64,000 nucleotides of DNA from a virus. The translations under genes were made by a program, and so were the position numbers. Shown here in pieces: positions 56,267-64,000 of this stretch (the stretch's first letter is position 1; every line of letters starts with the position of its first letter). The notes under the pieces are model-generated. The model was not told where the DNA came from. It made no database searches and saw nothing but the letters and a program-made list of their open reading frames with translations. The stretch spans positions 1-64,000 of IMG/VR virus record IMGVR_UViG_3300022700_000278; one strand, written 5' to 3'.

Positions 56267-59200
56267 GTGACCATTTCAAGTTATGATAGAATGGTTGATG
56301 TTTTTCCAACCGTCTTCGATTTCAAGGTTGGAGAACAACCAAGCAGCAGAAAACTTACCAAGTGGGTAAAGCTAACTGACAATGCTTTCCGTCTTGTTAC
56401 GCAAGCAGTGGGAGACCCGTGGGACTATCAGACTCATGAGGGACAGCTTAGTCCTCAAAAGTTAGGACAAGCAACTATTGCTAGGCTAATTGGGCCGTCT
56501 GATTATGTTGGGCCGCTTGGCGAAACAATCAACTCAGACACCACTTCAGTGGAAGTTTCTTTGTCTGTTGACGGGGCAAGCTCTTGGTATCTAGGGTTTC
56601 CTTTGGTCAAAAAAGCAGGAACGGTCACGCCACAGGTGTTGCCCTCTTGTTTAGAAAGCCTAACGGCATCTGATCTTAGTTTTTCTGGCACTGGCTATTC
56701 AGATTACTTCGTTACGCTCTATTCTGACCCCAGAGACATGAGCCAAAAGGGCGACTATTGTGTTGATTTTGCTAGAGGCGTTATTCAGACATATCTGCCT
56801 ATCGATCCTGGTGATGGCAGCGGGTCGTTAACTGTAACGATAAGCAACCTAAGTTTTGTTGGGGCCGGAGCGCCGTGGGCAACGCACAACGTCATTCCCA
56901 TCTGGGAAGATGGCGGAAATGCTGGAGTAACAATTGTAGAAGCTGCGCTGGGACCAGGGAATTATGAAATTACCCTGCCAGGCAGAGATGCCTCTGGGTA
57001 TTCTAATGATTACCCAAGAGTGGGAGCCGCAGAAGACTCCCCGTCTAACACGATGACCGGTGCGGGATATCCTGAAAGCGATCCTCTTACTGGCGACCGC
57101 CGCCAAGCAACTCTTGCTGTTCGACCAACAGGGAACGTTTCTTATCGATTGCCTTATTCTTTAGAGGCGAACTATTCTAGCGGGGACGTTCTTCCAGGAG
57201 GCACGGTAAAGCTTTGGTGCAACAGCACAAATAGCTTTGTCGCGCTAACTGAGTTTGAGTATGTTAGCCCAACAACCCTAAAGCTAACTTGCCCAACGCT
57301 GTCAGACGTAGATGCGACCGGGAACGAAAACAACTATCGACTTGTTGTGGTTGGGACAAGCTTAGCAGAACAAGTAAGTTATCTTGCTGGCGTAGTGAGA
57401 GAAGGCCAGGGACAAGGGGTCTCTGTTGGTGGCCCCGCCACCTTCCCTAGCATGAGTTTTAGTCCTCCAATGTCGCACGACAGGCTTAGAGATCGCTATG
57501 GCTTTTCGCTAGCAATGGAAGAGAGCGGGGATTTTTCTTCGTGGGCTAGTTCGCACGACAACTGGCAAAGAAGGTTTGCGTTTACAGAGTCTGCTTATCC
57601 GACTAACCCACACCCACAATATTTGCATAGAGCAGGGTATTTGTCTGACGACGAGACAGCAAATACTAGCAACGCCATGCGAGGATGGCTGTGCTTCGCT
57701 GGATACAAGACAGAAACCAGTGGCCACAGCTATGAAAGCTCCAAGTCTAACCCAGGGTTCAACTCTCCCATTGACGAGTGGACTTACGGTGTTGCTTGGG
57801 GTGCTGGAGAATTTGAGAATTCTAGCGGAGATCATCCCAGAGCGTTTTTCGACGGGGGAAAAGAAAAAGAATGGAGCGGTTCTGGTCCGGCGACTAGGTT
57901 GGGATTTGGTCTTTATGGTTCTGATGGCGGGCTTGGGTTTGCAGAATCTTCTTACTATTCAAACTATGGAGCATTGGTTTATGAGGGATTCAGGGGCCAG
58001 CCGTTCTATGTCAGGGGAAGAAAGGGTGCAAGCAGTTCGCTAGATACAAGTGTTCATGGCGGAGCCATCGCCATGGACCTAGGCGATCAGAACGAGATGA
58101 ACTATCTTAAGCTTGTCGGAGGCAGTCGTCCCTCGACAGGAAGTTATGCCGGAGATCCCGCCAACGATCCTGCATGGATAGATGCTTCTTCTTCTGTGTT
58201 TAACACACCGCTGGCAATTACTCCTGGGCTAAGCAAAAGAATCTCTGCAGAACAGACCAGAGAACTTAGGTTTAGAGGCGTCTCTTATAATGAGCTTGTT
58301 CAGAATGCTGAAGATGGTATCGGCTCTCTTTCTACCTACCCCTCTTCTGGAGTACAAAAAACAGCTAATGTAGTATTGCTGGATGCAACGCTTAATTACA
58401 TGGTGTTAGAGGGGAATGTTGCTGGCGACATTCGTATGAATGACACCACGATAACCCTTAGTGGCACTACCAGTGACGGAGACTATCAGATTTCAGATCT
58501 TGCTGATTATGACGCAGTCAACGACCATACGTACCTGACCGTTACTGGTAGCATAAGCAGCAACCAACCTGCTCCTGGTGGAACAGCTACTTGGACTACA
58601 TACGAGTTTAATCGATACTTCAGATCTCCTGGCATTATTGGAGGAGACTTCCTCAACGTATATGGCAATGCAGTCTTTTTCTCTGAAGAAGGAGATGGCA
58701 AAAAGACTTCCTTTACCGACAGAGGAAAGGAATGGCTTACAGATGGCACTACAACGCCTTCTGGCCTGTTTTACGTTCCCGCCGGGACGCTTGGTTCTGC
58801 TTGTGTTTTTGTTGGGTATGAAGGCAGCGGCACTGGCAGCTATGACGGAGCAAAGACGCAAGCTTATTTTGGACACACGAGGGGTTCTTGGGCAAACTCT
58901 ACGCTTGGTGTTAAGCGAGGGCTACAATTTGAGGGCCACGACGACTCCGGCTTGCATGTCGCATATAATACTACCGGCGGGACAACGTACCCTGCTTCTA
59001 ATACAGCAGAGCAGGGGCTATCCTGTATCGTGTACAAGGTGCACGGAGAAAGTTTTTCTGCGGGCGACAACACCATCACCGTTGCAGATTCTTCTTATTT
59101 GCCAAAATGTATTCGTTCCCCAGAAAGCGGATCGGTTTCAGATAACTTTAAGAAAAGAGTTGTGGGGGTGGAAACCTTGGCAAGACAGTCTAGCGGGGAT

Positions 59201-59479
59201 GTGTTTTATCCGTTGTCTTCTGGTTCGCACTTGATTGGAGGACAAAACTATGTTTTTCAGGGGCTCTATTATTATTTAGACGGCAGCAACAACTTGTCTT
59301 TGCATACCATTTTATATGAGTGGGACTTTCTGCATGGAGAGCCAGATCTGTATGCCACTTTTTCTGAGTCGCTAGAGCTTGTTGTAAAAGTTTGGTATCT
59401 TACTAATCGCCCAAGCATTACAGATCTTCCTTATGAGTCAGCGATGAATCCACTAGACGTTGAAATAAACCCCCTCTAA
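56267..59479 (+). CDS. Tail fibre/receptor-binding-like protein
   Basis: FKVGEQPSSRKL N-terminus, NPHPQYL motif, Gly/Ser/Thr-rich. Confidence 0.65.
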   Translation: MTISSYDRMVDVFPTVFDFKVGEQPSSRKLTKWVKLTDNAFRLVTQAVGDPWDYQTHEGQLSPQKLGQATIARLIGPSDYVGPLGETINSDTTSVEVSLSVDGASSWYLGFPLVKKAGTVTPQVLPSCLESLTASDLSFSGTGYSDYFVTLYSDPRDMSQKGDYCVDFARGVIQTYLPIDPGDGSGSLTVTISNLSFVGAGAPWATHNVIPIWEDGGNAGVTIVEAALGPGNYEITLPGRDASGYSNDYPRVGAAEDSPSNTMTGAGYPESDPLTGDRRQATLAVRPTGNVSYRLPYSLEANYSSGDVLPGGTVKLWCNSTNSFVALTEFEYVSPTTLKLTCPTLSDVDATGNENNYRLVVVGTSLAEQVSYLAGVVREGQGQGVSVGGPATFPSMSFSPPMSHDRLRDRYGFSLAMEESGDFSSWASSHDNWQRRFAFTESAYPTNPHPQYLHRAGYLSDDETANTSNAMRGWLCFAGYKTETSGHSYESSKSNPGFNSPIDEWTYGVAWGAGEFENSSGDHPRAFFDGGKEKEWSGSGPATRLGFGLYGSDGGLGFAESSYYSNYGALVYEGFRGQPFYVRGRKGASSSLDTSVHGGAIAMDLGDQNEMNYLKLVGGSRPSTGSYAGDPANDPAWIDASSSVFNTPLAITPGLSKRISAEQTRELRFRGVSYNELVQNAEDGIGSLSTYPSSGVQKTANVVLLDATLNYMVLEGNVAGDIRMNDTTITLSGTTSDGDYQISDLADYDAVNDHTYLTVTGSISSNQPAPGGTATWTTYEFNRYFRSPGIIGGDFLNVYGNAVFFSEEGDGKKTSFTDRGKEWLTDGTTTPSGLFYVPAGTLGSACVFVGYEGSGTGSYDGAKTQAYFGHTRGSWANSTLGVKRGLQFEGHDDSGLHVAYNTTGGTTYPASNTAEQGLSCIVYKVHGESFSAGDNTITVADSSYLPKCIRSPESGSVSDNFKKRVVGVETLARQSSGDVFYPLSSGSHLIGGQNYVFQGLYYYLDGSNNLSLHTILYEWDFLHGEPDLYATFSESLELVVKVWYLTNRPSITDLPYESAMNPLDVEINPL

Positions 59480-59497
59480 GGAATGACGAATTAACCA

Positions 59498-62116
59498 ATG
59501 CCTGCTAGCAGCAAATCACTGGCTTTTTCTGTTACGGTAACTAACGTATCGAATAAGTCTTTTCAGGCGGATGTCCGTGCTAATGTGAAAAAGCGCATTT
59601 CGGATATTCTTTATCTTGCCTCTCCGCCAGACGATTCTGTTCGCCTAGAATACGTTGGATCGAAAGAGGCAACTTCTTCTACTGCGCTTTTTATTGGCGA
59701 CAGAAGCGACAGGTTGTATCAGAATGTTGATATTGAAGAGGGGAGAGAGCTGATAGTAGAGGGGAGCTCTACTGGCGTCCAGCATAAAAAATTGCTGGTA
59801 ACACAAAAGTTTAAGGAGCGCGCAGGTCAAGCACGGCCGTTATACTATAAGCATGTGTTGCCGGCACAAATTGATCTGGACTCTGTCGCTTTGTTTGACA
59901 AAGATCTAGAAGAGATTGGCAAAGAAAAGTTTAGGGTAGAATTAATACAAGAATATGACGAGGCAACAGGGCAGCCTGCAACGCCGCCAAGCTACTCGTC
60001 TGTATATGTGTTTAACAGTTTAGGAAGTTGGTTTGATGAAAACACAGGAGAGCATGAGGTTTTCTATATTCAGTATATGGACTCAGACAATGTAGTGAAA
60101 ACCGAACTCCTTAGCAACGAGCCAGCTTATACCGAAGCAACTATTGATGATATCTGGTATGTAACAAATGAGCTGAAGCCTTGGTGCTATGCATATATCT
60201 TGGATTCGTCATACACGCTGACTTTGCCAGGCAATGTAGATGCAAAGCATATGGCAATCAAATATCTAGCTCGGTCTAAGATAGAGGTTCACCAGCCTAC
60301 TTTACACGATGACACTTCCCCTTGGTTTCCCAGGGTTTCGAACGGGTCTTTTCGTGATTCTTATGGTGGCTGGTCGTATTATTATGAAGTCTCTGAATTC
60401 AGCAGCCAAGCTTTTAATCCATATGAACCATATAGAATGACAGATCGTGGGTTGGGAACAAAAATATCTAGTAATATACTGAAGCTGCCTCACGAAAACT
60501 TGTACCTAGATGGCTTTGCAAGGGATCTCTCTATTGTTATAGAAAACAACGGTGTTGTTGTAAAAGCTTTAACAAGAGATGCCTCTTTGGTGGGAGACAA
60601 CTATACTACCTTTGATGGCAGCTATGTAAAAGACGAAGATGGAGACTATATAAAGTGGTCTTCGGATGAAATTCTTAGTGTTGATGAGCTTGGCGGGTTC
60701 GTAAAATTAAGTTTTGCGCTAAAAGACTATTGGGATTGCTGGTGTGCTTACACATATGAGGAAAATCTATATGAAGTCTCCAGTCTAAATATGAATCCTA
60801 TTTATGACAGTGAAGCACACAAACAGACTAGAGCGTTATATCTTGTTCCAAAATCTGCTCCCAATGGAAATACGGCGCAAACAAGAGCGGTTCAATATAT
60901 TAAAGTTTCCCCCGGGGGTATTATTCAAAAAGCCAGCCAAGACGGTTCCGGCAACAACAATGATATTTCTGGTGATGCTCAGCTTGGTGATGCCGACGGA
61001 CACTCTATCACAAACATAGTCGGTTTGCATTATAGTTGGAGGGCAGAAACAGATATTCAAGCAAGCTTTCAGTGCGCTCCTGGCTCCGCTGTGTCTGTGG
61101 CGGGCACGGATCGGTTTCCTCGAAGCGGCTGGGTTCGTTTCTTAGACAACAATGACCATTGGGTATATGCTAAATATTCAACAAAGACAAGTAACACACT
61201 TGTTTTTTCAAGTGATTCTGGAGAAACCCCAGACTCTACTCCAACTGTAACTTTTGGGGCTCCATCTTCGGCAAAGCTTCAGGTTGTTAATTTCTTAGAT
61301 CAATATACGACAAGCTCACATTATTCTTTTTCTAGTGAGCTTGTTCATTCCGGGCTTTCTTCTGGGCTTCCAAATTGTTATTCTAGGTTTTTGTTGTTGG
61401 CGGATCTGTCCATTAATCCTCCGCTGGGCATTGGGGATCTTGCAAAGATAGACGTAAGAGAAGAAGGTGGCGGAATCCTTCCTGACAAATACGAGGAAGC
61501 GAAGCTTCTAAACCCAGAGGCTCAGTGGTACCAAGATTTCTTGCGATATGATGGCCAGCCAACTCCGGGCAATGCTGCAGCAGTAATAAAATTGCCGTCA
61601 AAACTTCTCGAGGTATTTTCAAAAGATCAGATAGAAGAAATTGTTGACAACAACATTCCTTACGGAATCAAGCCGCTCATTCGGTATTATGGATACAAAC
61701 CAGAAATTCTATCTATATCAACCACCCCAGATGGACTCCTGGTTTGTTGGGAGCCAATGGGGCCGGACTTTACTTATACCGTATGGTGTTCTTCTAAGCC
61801 AGACGGACCATGGACAAAGCATAACGAAACCCGTCTAACAGATAATTCGCTTGGAAGGTCTTATGTAAAAAATTGCTATCTTGTTGATGGTTTGTCTTCT
61901 GGCGAGGTATACTATGTGAAGGTCACATGTCTTGATAGGTATGGTATGTGGCAGTGTAGCTATGACGGCTACGACTCTGTAGAAGGCGGAGAAGACAGGA
62001 TAGATGATGCTCCGGATCCCCCGTTCGGAAATTCAGTTTCTTTTAAGGTCAGTGTCGATGTTGTGTCTTATGGGTTCGGAGAGGGAGCATTCGGTGAAGA
62101 TGAATTTGGAGGCTAG
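59498..62116 (+). CDS. Large virion structural protein with C-terminal FN3-like domain
   Basis: LVCWEP..YTVW..GPWTKHN..YLVDGLSSGEVYYVKVT. Confidence 0.65.
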   Translation: MPASSKSLAFSVTVTNVSNKSFQADVRANVKKRISDILYLASPPDDSVRLEYVGSKEATSSTALFIGDRSDRLYQNVDIEEGRELIVEGSSTGVQHKKLLVTQKFKERAGQARPLYYKHVLPAQIDLDSVALFDKDLEEIGKEKFRVELIQEYDEATGQPATPPSYSSVYVFNSLGSWFDENTGEHEVFYIQYMDSDNVVKTELLSNEPAYTEATIDDIWYVTNELKPWCYAYILDSSYTLTLPGNVDAKHMAIKYLARSKIEVHQPTLHDDTSPWFPRVSNGSFRDSYGGWSYYYEVSEFSSQAFNPYEPYRMTDRGLGTKISSNILKLPHENLYLDGFARDLSIVIENNGVVVKALTRDASLVGDNYTTFDGSYVKDEDGDYIKWSSDEILSVDELGGFVKLSFALKDYWDCWCAYTYEENLYEVSSLNMNPIYDSEAHKQTRALYLVPKSAPNGNTAQTRAVQYIKVSPGGIIQKASQDGSGNNNDISGDAQLGDADGHSITNIVGLHYSWRAETDIQASFQCAPGSAVSVAGTDRFPRSGWVRFLDNNDHWVYAKYSTKTSNTLVFSSDSGETPDSTPTVTFGAPSSAKLQVVNFLDQYTTSSHYSFSSELVHSGLSSGLPNCYSRFLLLADLSINPPLGIGDLAKIDVREEGGGILPDKYEEAKLLNPEAQWYQDFLRYDGQPTPGNAAAVIKLPSKLLEVFSKDQIEEIVDNNIPYGIKPLIRYYGYKPEILSISTTPDGLLVCWEPMGPDFTYTVWCSSKPDGPWTKHNETRLTDNSLGRSYVKNCYLVDGLSSGEVYYVKVTCLDRYGMWQCSYDGYDSVEGGEDRIDDAPDPPFGNSVSFKVSVDVVSYGFGEGAFGEDEFGG

Positions 62117-62118
62117 GG

Positions 62119-63018
62119 ATGCCAAACACTCCTAATAGAAGCTGGCCGTATCCAGCAAAGGGCGAAAAACCTTATTTCGCTTCGTTTCAGTCTTTTGCAA
62201 ACGCTATTGATTCGGACGTGCAATCTAATGTAGATGACGTCTCGACCAATACTGGCAATATCAGTAGTCTCCAGACTAGTCTGTCTGGGGTGCAAAGTTT
62301 CATGCCTACTGGAGCACAGAGCTTTGGTGGTGGAGGCGGTCCGTATAGCATAACTACGGGCATGAGCGGGTATTCTATAACCTCTCCTACTAGCGGAGAT
62401 GTTCTGGAGCTTCCTGCTCCTAGTAGTGGTTTGAGTTATTTTATTAGTTGTGCTGGCGCAGGTAGCGACTATGTTGTGTTAGACGCGAGTACAAACGGTG
62501 GGACAATATTTGGGCCGTTCCAAACTTATTCTGGGGGAGGAGCAACTTGGAATAAGATGCGTATATTTGGAATGCCAAATTGGGTTTTTGTCTATGCGGC
62601 TGAGATTTTAGGATCTTGGAACTGGGTGGTCTGGGGCGGAACTGCCAAGATAATGAACGACGATGACACCGAAGAGTGGATGAATCTTTCATTCTATCCA
62701 GAAGAGGCTCTATTAGATCAAGCCTACAGCATTAGTGCAAGTATGACTGGTGCTAGTCGGTATAACTACAAATGGTATAACGTTGTTTTTGTAGATTGTA
62801 GCGGAGGAGCAATAGATGTTGAGATCTCTAGCAACCTAATCGGTATAGATGGCTGGACTTGTACTTTTGTAGACAGTTCAGGAGATGCGGGAGCAAACAA
62901 TATTACTCTTAGCACAGAGGGAGATGAAAAAATTATTGGTCAAGATGAATTTGTCTTGTCTGCTGATTATAACAGCGTCACTCTTGTTGCTAATGGCAAC
63001 AATTTGTTTGTTAAGTAA
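62119..63018 (+). CDS. Short tail fibre-like protein
   Basis: N-terminal TPN..WPYP plus coiled coil; C-terminal VDCSGGAI..DSSGDAGANNIT..YNSVTLV fibre repeat. Confidence 0.7.
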   Translation: MPNTPNRSWPYPAKGEKPYFASFQSFANAIDSDVQSNVDDVSTNTGNISSLQTSLSGVQSFMPTGAQSFGGGGGPYSITTGMSGYSITSPTSGDVLELPAPSSGLSYFISCAGAGSDYVVLDASTNGGTIFGPFQTYSGGGATWNKMRIFGMPNWVFVYAAEILGSWNWVVWGGTAKIMNDDDTEEWMNLSFYPEEALLDQAYSISASMTGASRYNYKWYNVVFVDCSGGAIDVEISSNLIGIDGWTCTFVDSSGDAGANNITLSTEGDEKIIGQDEFVLSADYNSVTLVANGNNLFVK

Positions 63019-63021
63019 AAC

Positions 63022-63588
63022 ATGCAGGTAGACAAGACAGTACACCCAGCCCTAATCCCTTTGATGGCCGTCTCTAGTATAGTTGGCCTTGTTCTGGTTG
63101 TTCTTGGCATCTTGTATTTAGAGAAGATCGGCTTGTTAGTTGCGGTGTTGGTTGGATCGGTATTCGTGGCTGGGGGGCAAGTTGCTTTTTGGGCAAATTT
63201 TCTTTACAACAAGAATATTTGGGAAAAGTATGTTGTTCGATTTGGGAATGTGTATTGGTTTGATTTTTGTCGCGCACCGAAAGTAAAAAATTTTATTTTT
63301 GAGCTACGATATTTAGAGCGCGAAGTGCAACACTTGCTAGGAAAGTATGGAGAAAGAAAAATTTCCGAACCGCTTTGTTGCTTTGTTATGAATCCGGGAG
63401 AGGTTTTTTGGAAAAACAAACACGCAATGGGGCTGCAACTAAACAACTGGATCAAGATAGAGTGGCGAGGAAGAAGCATTTCTTATAAGCTAGCAAGGCA
63501 TGAAATGATGCACTATTTTCTTTCTAAAGCAATGCCCACTTCTTCTGAGCAAGAGCAACATGAGATTATGAAAAAATGTATCAACTAG
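63022..63588 (+). CDS. Two-TM membrane protein with HExxH zincin motif
   Basis: Two hydrophobic helices at the N-terminus; LARHEMMHYF. Confidence 0.7.
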   Translation: MQVDKTVHPALIPLMAVSSIVGLVLVVLGILYLEKIGLLVAVLVGSVFVAGGQVAFWANFLYNKNIWEKYVVRFGNVYWFDFCRAPKVKNFIFELRYLEREVQHLLGKYGERKISEPLCCFVMNPGEVFWKNKHAMGLQLNNWIKIEWRGRSISYKLARHEMMHYFLSKAMPTSSEQEQHEIMKKCIN

Positions 63589-63749
63589 ATCGAGAAAATA
63601 TTTATCACAGGACTGCCCCGGGACATTCTGGGCTTGGCTTGGTATCTCCTGGGACAGAAGACTCTGAAGTGTGGGGCGCAAGAACAGAACCAGATGTTAA
63701 GTATATTGTGTTGCCCGAGACAAACAGCTATTACACAGAGGGAGACTAA
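63576..63749 (+). CDS. Small hypothetical protein (57 aa, MYQLDRENIY...)
   Basis: Below the track length cutoff; fills the gap and couples (TAATG) to the next ORF. Confidence 0.5.
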   Translation: MYQLDRENIYHRTAPGHSGLGLVSPGTEDSEVWGARTEPDVKYIVLPETNSYYTEGD

Positions 63750-64000
63750 TGACTGTTAGCATAACTATTTCTGGAGAATCTGCCGGCAATCCTATTGACG
63801 AGGTAACCGATTCTGGCAGTCTTGATCCCGGCACTGCTGCTGATGCAGTAAGCTTGTATATCCGCCATGATGCTGCAGTGTGGCAAATTACAGACTGTGC
63901 CTTTTATCTGGTTAGATATGTTGGCTCAGAGTCCGGAACACCAGACCAAGATTTTTCCGATATTATAGGGTGGGGAGACGCCACGATTGCGCTTAATCCT
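63749..64000 (+). CDS. Hypothetical virion protein, truncated by the window edge
   Basis: SD GGAG; MTVSITISGESAGNPIDEV..SLYIRHD..IIGWGD, open to the end. Confidence 0.7.
   Translation, partial: MTVSITISGESAGNPIDEVTDSGSLDPGTAADAVSLYIRHDAAVWQITDCAFYLVRYVGSESGTPDQDFSDIIGWGDATIALNP

Noticed and set aside
4112-63681. Numerous short minus-strand ORFs across the structural region
   Set aside because: All overlap long, tightly coupled plus-strand genes and have no recognisable motifs
2773-64000. Stop-codon reassignment (alternative genetic code)
   Set aside because: Genes are full length under code 11; TAA, TAG and TGA all end genes, often overlapping the next start

Overview
The window is a segment of a large tailed-phage genome (contractile tail, standard genetic code). 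Positions 1-1720 are a GC-rich minus-strand array of small ORFs; three of them have tRNA-like leaders that lack an anticodon arm. Positions 1720-2710 are non-coding: a hairpin-dense tract, AT-rich 30-bp tandem repeats and a sigma70-type promoter. From 2773 to the end runs a plus-strand morphogenesis region: Hsp20, a DEDDh-exonuclease/thermonuclease/repeat polyprotein, glycine-rich putative ejection proteins, TerL, a portal-MuF fusion, prohead protease, major capsid, neck, sheath, three tube-fold paralogues, chaperones, a tape-measure-like protein, hub, baseplate and fibres. The most notable observation is the 1493-aa gene after the tape-measure-like gene (37256-41737). It carries, in the right order, beta-like (EE..GDxxK-x8-K..PVDVVV) and beta-prime-like (RxP..SVQ..DYDLD) motifs, so it is a candidate single-chain two-barrel RNA polymerase that may be packaged in the virion. 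All assignments come from reading motifs and gene order by eye; no database search was run.
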